Assembly: GCF_964204645.1 (NCBI RefSeq)
Contig: NC_134025.1
Location: 25,524,299 to 25,588,298 of the forward strand
DNA: 64,000 nucleotides
Direction: 5' to 3'
Source of the DNA: Tubulanus polymorphus
Taxonomy: Eukaryota; Animalia; Nemertea
Shown here piece after piece: positions 1-13,100 of this stretch (its first letter is position 1; each line of letters opens with the position of its first letter). The position numbers and the translations under genes were made by a program. Below the pieces are notes generated by a model, which ran no database searches, was not told the origin of the DNA, and worked only from the letters and a program-made list of their open reading frames with translations.

Positions 1-253
1 TTGTAAAATTGGTTCTAATACTCTAAATAATTAGTTTTTGTTATGGAAACACTTGTCTATGAAAAATAGTGCATAATATCCAGAACTTTAGTGAACTGGT
101 TGAGAATTTCATAGATTTATGCCCCTTATCCTAGTTTGGAATCCAAAACTATGATCAACTGCCACATTTTCAAATTCTAATCTCTGGAATCTCTAATCTC
201 TGTTCGAATTAAACTCTTTTTATCTTAAAATGTTGATGTATTGGATGTTTCAG

Positions 254-294
254 GTATGGTGCTAATATGGACTCGCTGGATATACCTACAGCAA
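254..294 (+). CDS. Possible upstream dystrophin hinge-1 exon (YGANMDSLDIPTA)
   Basis: tttcag acceptor, open frame, weak gtaaat donor; phase 2 fits an acceptor at 991; no recognisable homology. Confidence 0.25.
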
Positions 295-991
295 TGTAAA
301 TCTTGATTGCTCCAATCTAAAACTATATTTTTGGTAAGTTACCCTTTTTGATTCATCCAGAGTTGTGAAACAAAAAAACAAAACTGCCAGAGCAAATTTG
401 AGGGCTGGTTTCAGACAGCAAAGCATGATTTTGTTCGGGAAACTTGGCCTATGGAGGAAGCGATTGACGGTCATGTCAGAAATATTTACTGATCAGCTTT
501 TAGAGATTAGTATCTATTTTGATATGAATGTTTACTCAAATGGTCTTAAGTTGCATCTATTGTCCTCTGGGTGGAGACCTACAGCAATATGATTAAATCC
601 AGGTTGCTGTCAGATATGCGTATACGGTATTGAGTTGTATGTTAATATGTTTCGCTGATATGAAGTCAGATGTTTTAACCTGAATGTCGGTCGCCCATAA
701 TATGAAGTATATGAAATATAATTAGTTGATGGAAGATTACACAATCCATCCGTTTTCAATATGGTGCCATGCTATAGTATGACCATCAATTCAATCTATC
801 TAGAGCTCTATCTATGTAAAGTCGTCTCTGCCTTGCGCTGGGATCAATTTAGTTACAATTACGGGTATACTGTGAAAGTAAAACGGCGCTAGTTCTATGG
901 ATTCTAATCTGTTTATATCAATACATCCATTTTCATCGTGGATAGTGTTCATTCTGTTTTCGATCTTTTAAGGCTGAAAGATGTCTCTCAG

Positions 992-1178
992 TAGCAACCC
1001 CTTGAGTTCTTCAAGCAGTAATAATAGTAGCTACAGCGACAACATGGATACGTATCAAGAATCATTAACCGGCATTCTGACATGGCTTCTAGAGGCCGAG
1101 GAATTGTTACAAGACGAGAATGATGCCTCTGATGAAGAAGACGTTTCAAAAGTCAAAGATAAATTCCAAACGCACGAA
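992..1178 (+). CDS. DMD: Dystrophin exon, start of spectrin repeat 1 (human exon 10-like)
   Basis: [22 protein letters not shown]...KFQTHE|gtaagt; acceptor uncertain (980 or 991). Confidence 0.85.
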
Positions 1179-4100
1179 GTAAGTCAAAGAAATGGTTCAC
1201 CTACAAATGTCAATATTGAAATAGCATTCTGAAAAAGAGCACTTTTAGGCTTTTAAACATAATCCTCATTTTACGAAATCCATAACTGGAAGGGCACTTT
1301 CCTAGAAAGCTGGGATTGTTTGAACCTGTTTAACCCTCCTCGGTGTGTGCGCGTCATGTCATACTTATCACATTTCAACTCGAGAATTGTTGATGATTCT
1401 TCGCAATTATTGTTCATTGTAGGATTTCATGATGGAGCTCATGAAACACCAGGCAAGTGTCGCGAATGTTTTGCACGAAGGAAATCAACTGATACAAGAT
1501 TCTAAAATATCCCATGATGAAGAGGCAGAAATCCAAATTCAAATGGCATTATTGAACAATCGTTGGGAGGAACTACGAATAAAAGCTATGGAGAAACAAT
1601 CAAAGTAAGTTATTTGTTCGGTAAGAGGCCTTATATGGCAATAATGGGCTGACCATGGGTTTGGTGTAGTTTAATATCAGAGTGTAGGCCTCCTAGTGTT
1701 GTATTGACATCGTACCCTTTGTGAAGTAATTAATTACTCAGCATGAGTTGTCTCTGTGAATTATATGTGGCATTCTTGTCAGATGCTATTGCTTCATATA
1801 GCACTATAAACACTATGTTCTATAGCGTAGTCAATTGAGAAGCGAAGCAACTTGATCAAAACAATCTGATATTTCAATATTGATAGTTATATTGTGTTCG
1901 CTGTGAAAGCATGTACATGGTTGTGAAATCGTTGTTGTTTATTTCAGGTTACAACACACATTAATGGATCTACAACAAAGACAGTTGGATTCTCTTGATC
2001 AGTGGTTGACGAAAATGGAAGTGCATATCGTCGAAGCAGAAACAATCGGTTCCGACCTGCAGGCGTTGAAACTACAAACTGATCAGCATAAAATCATACA
2101 GGATGAATTGATCGAACAGCAAGATAGAGTGAACAATCTTCAAAATATGGTTGTCGTTGTTGATGATTCTAATTCTGAGAAAGGTAAGCTTTACGACTTT
2201 CTAAAGAAAAATAAGTTATGCTATAAAAATCTGTACTGAATTATGTATTATGTTATTAGATTATGGAGATTTCGAAGGTCAGTTAGAACGTTTAGGAACT
2301 CGGTGGTCTAGTGTTTGTCAGTGGACTGAAGATCGTTGGACGCTGTTACAAGAATTATTGGGTAAATGGCAACAGTATGATAGCGAACTTCAGTCATTCA
2401 ATGAGTGGTTAACTGCTAAAGAACAGATGCTGGCTGAAATGAAGTCCGATGATCTTGGTGATCCAGCACAAGTTGTTAGTCAACTGAAAAAGTTGAAGGT
2501 GAGATCAGAGTAGTAGTTATGTGCCTAATTTCTTGTGGCATCAAAAATTGGCAAGGAATGATCCGGTATCGATTTTATGTATTCTGCTTCAAGTTAGTAT
2601 TTTGTTTTTCAAATATTGCAGTCTGCTGAGGAAAGTATGGATATTCAATTAAAGAAATTTGATTTGATAAATCAACATTGTCAGGATATGGTTGAAATTT
2701 TAAACCATAACGAACAATTCGTTGTGAAATTCAATGCTACAATGGAGGATTTACAGGGTCGTTGGGAGGCACTTGTGCATCATATGGGGTATCAAAGTCA
2801 AAGAGTAAGTCATAGCTACTACTGCTAATAGTAAACTCTGTATGAGTGATAAAAACCAATAAATTATGTTTACTGATTGAAACTAGATGGAATGAATTAT
2901 GAATTTAATTTTCTAGATTGCTCAATCACACATTCATCTTTCTGAACTCGCTGCTCAAACAAAAACTGTTGTCACTGCTGATGAAAGTAATCAATCAACT
3001 CATCCAAACAGAGAGAACCATCTACGAGGTGAACTCGAGATTGAAATTGGAGAGATCAAGGAGTGGCTGGATAAAACTGAATCAAATCTAGAACTCCTGA
3101 CTTCCGAGGCTCCAAACCCCGAGGATCAGCTTACATTCGATGAGCAAATGGTTTTGATAGAGGTAGTTTTTGTGATAAATTAAACATTTTAGAATCTGGT
3201 AATGTTCATGAATGTTTCAATTCATTAACAACGATATCATTTTAGGATATTGAAAATGAAATAACTATGCAACAGTCGAAGTTTGATGCTCTCGAAAAGA
3301 AATGGTCCAATTTACTTGCAGAGAATGCACTTGGTATAGTTAACAATGCAAAATAGATACAAGTGTTCGTGTATTAAATAACCTTGGTAAATAAATCTGG
3401 AAATAATTTTTTTCAGATGAAGAAGCTAATAATGTATTAGTCGCTAAAATGGCAGAAGTGTCTGAACGTTGGAGTCAGGTTTGCTCTTTATTTGATAACA
3501 CGCACAAGAAAGTCGAAACAAATATTCGATCGTCCAAAGTGTTTGAAGATCTCATTCAGCTGAAAGAAGTGCTGCTTAACTATCAGAAATGGATTGACAC
3601 TGCTGAGTCCGGAATTGTAGGTGAAGACTATGCATCAGAAATAACTGCTAAGCTGGAAAACTGTAAGGTAAGTCTATAATTAATGTTTGATTCGTAAACA
3701 CGGCATTCTTTTCGTCAGTTGTATAGGTATGTCATATCTCATTTGTTTGTTTGAAAGGATAAACTGAAATCAATGAAATCACACGAAGAACAAGTTGATC
3801 AGATTCGAATGCAGGTGAAAGAACTTCCCGATACTGCTGATAATCTGGGGCAGCTTCAAGATGACCTGCATCTTTTTTTGCAGGAGTGGGAAGCAGTTTT
3901 TAATAAAATAGGTACGAGTACTATTTTAATTACTGATATCAATGCAAATAGATGAATAGACATTTGGTTGAAGCCTCTTGTCATTATGAGATTCAAAAGT
4001 TTGAATGATCTTAAGTTGATGAATTGTTATGTCTATAGGCAGCTATCAAGAGAGTCTACTTCAGTCCATTGATGAAACTCCGTCCAGTGCCTTTAATGAA

Positions 4101-7100
4101 GCTGTTGATGCTTTCCACACCTGGTTAACTGATATTGAAGCAGTCCTTGATTCAGAATCTTTCGAAGTCAATGATATTGATATTCTTGAAGCACAATATA
4201 AACAATACAAGGTATTATCATGGATTTGTTATAGTGGTATCGAGATGAGTATTTGAATTGATCTCGTACCCGATTAGATGAAAGTAGAATATGGTAGGGA
4301 ATATGACTTGGGTTACATTTTCTGTTTTAAGGAACTTCAAGATGACATCTCTGAACATGTATCGACTGTCGATTACATCAAGTCGATTACTGAGGAAATG
4401 ATACAACGCGCAACGTTTCCGGAAAAAAAGGACAGATTCACCTCCGACTTGGAAAAAATCGAAAAACGTTGGTTAAACGTTAACACGACAATCGATGAGC
4501 GAATGACGAAATTTCAGACCGCCATTCAGAATCTTGAGAAACTTCAGAGTCAAACGGTGGGATTATTACAGTGGATGGACGAAATGGATATGTTTTTGCA
4601 CGCTGCAGAGGTGTCTTATGGCGATAATGAAACGATACAAGCTCAACTGCAAGAAAGTGATGTGAGTAGCTGCCATGAATACTGGTAACTTAAAGTAGGC
4701 GCCGTCTGTTCATCATACACGATTTTGTCTCTTTTTAATCAAGGGTGTCCAAGAAGACATTGTTCAACTGCAGAAAAATGTCGATAACATCAAAGAGTTG
4801 ATGTCAGAATTAGTCTCAAGTGGGAACAAACAGTTCATAGAACAGCTTGATGAAGATGTATCTCAGCTTTACTCTCAATGGGAAGAGGTTGTCTCATTAG
4901 CTAAAAAGCAAAATCACAAGTACGCATTCAAAAAGTCTTCTGTCAATACAGATATAAATTCTTTCTCTCATGAACTGATGTATTATCTGTTTTTGAACTT
5001 TTTTACAAAGGTTACGGATGGCTTTGGAGAAAACAGAAATGCTACAACAAGAAATCTGTGCCCTGGACAAGTGGCTGGATAGTTTTCTACAAATTCAACT
5101 TAGCAAAGAGTATGTCGTCGAAGACAGTCATGATCTGGGAATTAATTCGAAAGCTATGAAGGTAAAATCCACTTATTCACAGAATCACCTCGTTGACGGA
5201 CTTCATCAATTATCTTATTGCTAGTTGAATGTTTTATGCATAGAGTAAGTCAAATTCTGTCAATTGCAGAAATTAAAGGTGGAGGTGTCCGCGAAAGATA
5301 ATGAAATGAAGAGTATCCAAAAGATTTATGGGTCGATGTTAGCTGACACTGTAATGGCTACGCATAAAGATTTAGATCAAAGAATGTCCAGCATTAAAGA
5401 TAAGTGGGCCGATGTCTGCACTCAAGTAAGTTTGTATACTATTAAAACCTACTTGTACGAAAACCTCTAGAATGACATTACCCAGTAACTTGTTCGTAAC
5501 TTGATAGGTCGAAGAACTTTTTGATCGATATGTGACCGGCGAAGGTGAATGGTTAGAGTTTAAGAATTTGCTCAGTAAGGAAGTGGCTTGGGTTAGCCGT
5601 GTACAACGCATTTTACACATACATAGAAACAGTAACAGCGTTGATGCTGAAGAGGTTTCTGAAGAACTTGATGTAAGTAGTCCAGGAATTTGTCGTAAAT
5701 GATACAACCTAGAGACCTCATAAAGTATTTGATTTAGGATTCATATCTACTTTCACTTCATAAAGAATTTGATTTAGGATTTTCTCTAGTTGCAATTTAG
5801 ATATTGATGAGCTAGATATTTCTAAAAGCACTAGAATTTTGGTGAAACCCAACTGAGAAGAATTGAATATTAACATCTTGTAATATTTTATGGAATTTGT
5901 AGGAGCTCGAAAATCTGGTGATACATAATCATACTGATGAAAACAAGTTACGTATGGAAGAACTGGTAGGTTTTCTTGTTGCCAAGAAAGTAATGGTTGG
6001 CACAATCAAAAAGGAATGGGAGAGTTTTCTCAACAAGTGGAATTCAACAAATTCTGAGGTAAGTGAATGATTAGTTGATTACCGGGTAAAAATATGTGTC
6101 CAGATATTTCTCTACTAATATTTCAATCATTTCAGGGTCACAAGCGCATCACGTATTTAGACTCAACTATGAAAACTTCTCAGAACATTGAACGACAGTT
6201 GATCGAAATGTCGCAATGGACGAACGATGTTGCCTTGTCTTTACGGGAGTGGTTGGATGCAGATTTCTTGGCAGCCGACTTTCCTGACGTGACTGAGGTA
6301 GAGCTTTCATGTATTGGCGTATTCAGAATAGTTATGTTTTGTAAATGTAGATAATTTTCTTTTTAACGAATTTGTATCCGTTCTCGGTTGCAGACGTTGC
6401 TGCGTGAGTTCACTCACCAAGAGAAAATTCTCTCTGATCTGAATGCTCAAGTCGCCACTTATCAGCAGGAAGGGAAAGCAGAAGCTTCTACGAGGTTACA
6501 ACAACAAATCAACATAGCATCCGTACGTAGTTCTCTCAATTTTTATCTGCTATCCTCTTCCTTATTCATATCATTACTCATAGATACATAGGCTAATGCG
6601 CATCTACATTATTTGTTCATTGCAGAAACATTTCTCTGAAGTGAAGGGAATGTTCAATAAGTTTCAACGTCCGGCCAACTTCGATCTGAAATTGAATTTT
6701 GTGCGAAGGACTCTCAACGATATCGAAGAACGCCTGCATTTCATAGATCTGATCGATACAGACCCTGAAAATGTTGAAACTCAACTACAACATTGCTTAG
6801 TAAGTCAATTTAGAAGTTTAGAGTTATTTCTGAAATATTTCATTTCGTCAAATCTGGCTCTAAATTATTTCATTAATTATTTCATTATTTTATTAAGTCA
6901 TTATACGTATTACAGACATTTTATCATTCGATGAGCGAACTGAAACCTGATGTTGAATACGTAATTAAAACTGGACGTCAAATCGTCGATAAACAGCAGG
7001 TAGACTTTCCAGAAAAACTCAACCAACAAATAGAAGCTATAAAACAACATTACAACAAACTCGGAATTCAGGTGGTTAATCTTTCTTATATTATCAGATG

Positions 7101-10100
7101 TGATTAGATATTTTAGTTTGAATCTCTGATTGAGCTCGTTTATTCCTACAGGTCACTCAAGGAAAAGCTGATTTGGAAAACGCTGTCCAGCTATCCAAGT
7201 TCATGCATGCAGATATCATAGTTATTAGCAACGTACTTAATCGTTGGGAGAAAGTTCTTCAACGGGAAGAAAAGTTAAGCATTGTTGAGGTAATAGATTA
7301 ATAAGGTTACCCTAGATAATTACTAGAATATTCGCTACATATTTCTCATTACTGCTATCATAAAACATTGTATGTATAAATAGTTACATAAGCAACAACA
7401 AGGAATCTTATTATCACACCCTGATCATTGGTTTTTGCTAGGATGCGGATAAGGATGTTGCTAAGCACCAGCCACATATCGAAAGTTTAAGCAGCACATT
7501 CAATAAATTACAAGAGATGGCAGACGAGAGTGGTCTGGTCGAATCTCAGGAACAGGTCGGTGACATTAAACGTAGATGGGCTTCTTTAGTCAATTTAGTT
7601 CAGTCTAAGAAGACATCTTTACAGGTACGTAACACTACATTTCGGCCTTTTATTTCAACGAGAAAAATTATGGGGTATTGTATTATTTCAGTTCATTGAG
7701 GCTGTCATTACGTTGTTTATTATTTCGCTAGGGAAAAACTTCCGATGACGATGACTATAGCTTGGATAGTTTAGATATCGAAATGGAGAATTTCATGAAG
7801 GCTTCGTCATCGTTTAAACAAACTCTTCACATCACTTCAATTGAAGAAGAAAATCTTCCTTCTGAAGTCGTAAAGAACCAGACTGTAAGTTATTACCAAA
7901 GTTATATGATTATTTTCAAATACATTTATTCATCTTTATGTACAAAATGATGTAAGTATTCAACTTGATTCGTATTACAGCTATTAAATGAGGAAAAGGA
8001 ACGATTAGAAGGTGAAATGCAAAGGATTACTGAAAAAGTAAAGAAGGGACTACCGGAAAATAGCGAAGATATCGCTATCGATGGTTCAGATGAAAATATA
8101 CAACACAAGTTAGAAAAAGCTAAGGTAGGAATTGGTTTTATTGATAGGCCTATTCTGCGCTTCAGATTTATTCAGGTGGACATTTTCTGTAATATTTCAC
8201 TCCGCAATATTTGTGCGTTTTACCAAATATGTGTTTCAGGATGTTTTTCGTTTTGCATTTTTTCGTTTTGCAAAGGCACGGTCTGTATTTAAAAAAAAAT
8301 ATTGCAGCGGTTTTGTATAAATGACAATACCCTCTCGTAGACCATTTTGACACATCGTAGCAAGCATTTTTGGCGTGTTTCACAAATAGACGTTCGCAGT
8401 AGCAGAAATGATACGATGGAATTTCACTGCAAAGATACAAAAATCAAAATCAATGTTCAGTCCAGACCTGACTACGATGACTATTTGGGAGTAGTTTCTA
8501 CTCTTTTAAAATTTTTAACCACTCAGATATATCAAAATACTCTCAAAATCAGAATAATTTAAAGTTCAATTACTGTTTTTGATGTCAAATCACTCTCAGT
8601 TTTGTGGTGAAAACTACAGTGATAGGAAATATCAGGTAGTTTGGCCAGACAGTCAAATTCACTTTATCCAGACCAGGTTAATAATGGTTTTGATCTAGTA
8701 GTAGTAGTATTAGTAGCAGATTTATAGGTAGTTAGAATACCATTTCTTTATGGATTTCTTTGAAAACTGAATGATTCGACTTACGTTCTATCGCAATGAA
8801 CGCAGCGATCGTGTTGTAAACATGCCTCATCCAAAGCATCAGCCGGTTTCCTACAGCTCCTGAAATGACAACATTACAAGGCTGAGTTTACTTTATGGGA
8901 ATGGTTTGGTGCATAAAAGGAAGCAATGAATGTTAAACGACAGATCATTACCGACACGTTTCAATGGGGTCCGCGCAGGTACAACAACCATTTGCATTTT
9001 TAGGGTACAACCCCGTGTTGTACTGTCCGCACCAATTCTTATAATCTAATATTCCCAGTGCTGGTGTAATTGCTGAAAATTTTAACGAGATGGAAATCAG
9101 AAGTTCTTTGAAGTATTGGATTTCATGGACAGCTGTTAGTAATAATTATCTCGGCAGCTTCAACGTTCGCAACGTTTAAATTTAAACGTTTTAAGTTTGA
9201 ATAGTTATGGTAAACATTAGAGTATAGGCACACTGTTTTTGGAACAGAATTATCAACAGTATTAACGAATTGAAATTCTGAGCAGCCATAAATATGTTTT
9301 TACTACGACAAACTTAAAACTGATTAGACTCAAAATAAAGACGTACCAACAAATTAGATAGCCGAATGATGATGTGAAAATGAGTGACTATAATGTAAGA
9401 TAGACCATCAAAGTCTTAAAGCGAAAAACTTGTTTCTATTGAACGTCTTGAATTTACCTACCTGCACATAGTATTAGTATCCTCACAAGCATTTTACTGT
9501 TCGATGAATGAATGTTTACTACCTATGTACTCTGGGAGTTTTAACTGTTTTTGAGCAGCTGTATCTATATCGTTAAATGAATACCCAATAATAAAGCACT
9601 CAACGGTTTTATTCCAGCCTTTGAAGGTCGCCAACCATGCTGGCTATACAATTATGTTCTTTTTCTATATTTCAGCAAACGATTAAAAATTAGATTCCCA
9701 TCATTTAGATAGAATACCCAGAGCTTTTGATTATCATACTTGCGAGTAGATTCAACTCATGTTCCGCTGTTTTAAAAGTTTTGGAATTGAGTTATTCATG
9801 TCTTGAGAATTTTTGAACAGGATGAGCGCTTGACATATTTTTATCTAAAATAAGCATCGGAATTGCATTTTTCCAATTAGCAATTCATTCAGTTTCTAAG
9901 AAAAAAGTACATCCTATTTAATTCCCCATAAAAACCCGAGCGATTATGAATGCTTCATTTGTCCATCTAAACAGAATTAGTATAGCTCAACGAATTCGTA
10001 TAGAATTCATTAGTATTACGAAGAAAAACTATTCATCGCGAGGTGCCAAAGCGTGGTTATGCGAATAATTCCATCCTATCAGATCCTGAGTAACTCGATC

Positions 10101-13100
10101 AAAATATGAAGAAATGTACTGACTATTTATTTACGTTCCAAGAAGCTCATAATACAGCGACTTGTTATAATACTGATGAATACTTAAACTGTGCAATGTT
10201 TGTATATCGATAATTGCGTCTTATTGATCTTCTCTGCGGGTTGCTTTTTTAGCGGATAACGAAAAACGATAGGAAATGTTGTCTTTTTCTCTTGTGTAGC
10301 ACGAGTGGAATGAAACGAACGCCGACGCGGAGCACCATTCGGAACTTCTAAACTCGATCGTACTGATCTGGGAAACGTATGCGCAAGACGTGGAAGATCT
10401 TCAACAACGACTCGATTCCATTGAACAAACTTTACATTCGGATGATGACACCGATGGTTCCATTAAGGTAAGCAATTTCCATTGGATTTCATCCACCTGG
10501 TTTTCTTTTATTTGTTGCTCCACTATTTCTAGGTTTGATGTCTGAGTAAAGGTTTATTTAATACACATTTCATGTTATTGAATTGTGAATGTACTAAGGC
10601 AATATATATGTAATTTGTAATGGCTCGAAATTTTTTTATATCCTATTAAAAGAACTACATTCTTGTCCAGGAATCGTTTATCGAAAACTCCATGAAGTTT
10701 TAACTTAAAAACAATATGAATGTCTAATTGTAAAATATGAGTCTAGTAGTATCTGGGAGAGATCCAGTGAATATTGATCGATGATATCCAATTATTATTA
10801 CATAGACCAACGCCGTATTTTTTGGCTGTTCTCCGCAGAAAATGTAATTGATGATGAGATCAAATCTCATTAGGAGCGATTAGTGCTCTCTGTCGTAGAG
10901 AGTTTCTCATAATCTGCCTTATTATCGTTATCAATATTTCATGCACGTCTACTGATTTTTCCGTGTAAGCTTTTTTATGTTTCATCCGATAATTGTTTGG
11001 GGAAAATTTACGGCGAAATGGCTACGAATTGTGTCAGTAGTTGCACTGATAAAGCCTCTTTATGTAGATATTTATAGTTATGATTTTTATGGCAATTGAA
11101 AGTAAAGTTTTTGTTGCGTTTTTTAAGTTTGAGTTGAAGTGAGATGTGTATTCGTGTTGTGGGTATTTTTAGGATGTACTCGATGCCGTTGAAAATCATC
11201 AGACCAGAATAGATAGCGTTAATAAGCAAGCATCGGAATTAGAGACTCGCGGCGTACGTCTAAAGACTTCACCCTCAAATTTAACTTATCTCAACGACCA
11301 GTGGAAACACATCCTCGATTACCTGAAATCATCAGAGGAGGAGTTCGCGCTACCACCAGTTGTCGATGCTTCGACACTGTCGGCGAAGTCTACTGATTAC
11401 CATCAGGCGGTACAGCCGACGCATGTTATCAATGACGAAGATGCCGAATCGGAGGGACATTCGTTAGAAACTGTAGTTTCTCGTAGTAGAAACGGTTCCG
11501 AATCGACACCGGTTGTCGTGCTACGAGACACACTCACTGAATCATCGGATGAGATAGTCCTTGCTGAGGAGGAGACCAGCCATTCGGAATCAACGCCTAC
11601 CGCCACGGAAAATATCGACGCAGTTTTGTCGCCGCTTTCCTCGGGCGAATTTTCCGATTTTGCCAGATTCGATAACAACGAAGATTTGGAAAACTTGATA
11701 TCGCGCGTGAACTCGTTACGTTCGACGCTCGTGACTTCGCCGGAACTTTCTCGTGGAGATTACGACGCGTTTTCTGAACAAGACGATTGTTTAAAGGTAA
11801 GTTCTAAAATCTTCGTTTAAGTAGTTTTTGTGGTCGTATTTTCGAAGCGAAAGAAGACATTAATTCGACTTCGATAAAGTTTAAGATGTTCGTTCGTTAT
11901 CTACAGGCTGTCAAAGAGGAAATGGATGAAGTTGGGAATTCTGTGACTAGCGCCGAAAGTCGAGTCGACGAGCTGCTGAATAATGCTTCTGAGGAAGATA
12001 AGCAATCATTGAATAGCATCATGGTTAAACTGAGGAATGAGTGGACAAACTTGTGTCATGAATACGATAACAGACAAAGGTAAGCAGCTGATATATTTGG
12101 CTATAAAACCATTCCATTTGGCTATAAAACCATTGATAATCATCAGCTTTCTCGATATAGACCTATTTGTTTGTTCATCTTGAATTTCTGTGGATTTTAT
12201 TTCATTTATCATTTCATGGTTTGAACAGCTTTTTACGGTCTGATAACTACCTATGATGGAAAAAGTGAATACATTTTGAATGAATTTCATCGAAATAAGA
12301 ATTGTAAACGTGAATATTCTTCCCTATTTATTTTCATAGTCAGCTGACGAAAGCGCTCGAACAGTGGCAACATTACCACTGCGATATGAATGATATGAAT
12401 TCCTGGTTAAACGAAGCCCAAAATACACTTTCATTGAGCAGACGTGAAGATGGTTCGTTGTGTCTCGACATTGCTCAGAACTACCAAAAGGTACATAACG
12501 GGTCATGATGTACGAACATGTTCATCAAAGAAATAATTAAAGATTTGATGCATTTCTATTGTCATTATGTGTAACAGGACCTCGAAGAAGGTGTCAGTAT
12601 CCATCAGTTTACTCTCAGTAAAGTAAACAACGTCGGGCAAGAAATAATCAAGCATCTATCCGCTCCTGATGCGGCCGTATTGTCGGAGAAACTCGAAGCG
12701 ACCAGCAAGAAATGGAGAATTGTCTGTTCAGAGATAAATGACAGAAAAACAAGGTAATTATTGAGTTATTATTATTCTACTGCGACCTTAATATATACAT
12801 TGTACAATACACCTCCATTAAAAAGTGCTGACAGTGCTAGAATTGATTTCACAGAACTGTGTCGTAGATTTCCTAATGCCAGTGTCTGGTGCTATAAACA
12901 GCCTAATGGAAAGGTTTGCTGGATTACTCAAATTGATTCCCAATACATTTTCCTATTAAATCAAGATAGAAATATCAGATTCATGTGGTGAACATGAGTT
13001 CCCCAGCGGCGGGTCAACTGCCAAGAAATATAACCGTATAATTCAAATTTTGTGCAGGCTGGAAGATCAGATATACCTAACAGAGTTCTCCAAAGCAATT

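Noticed and set aside
8125-10299. Missing rod-domain exons
   Set aside because: Candidate acceptors (near 8856, 9675, 10142) are followed by early in-frame stops; the flanking exons join in phase 0.
11403-11678. Antisense ORFs overlapping dystrophin exons (also 5372-5707, 26234-26494, 40209-40427)
   Set aside because: Shadow frames of real + strand exons.
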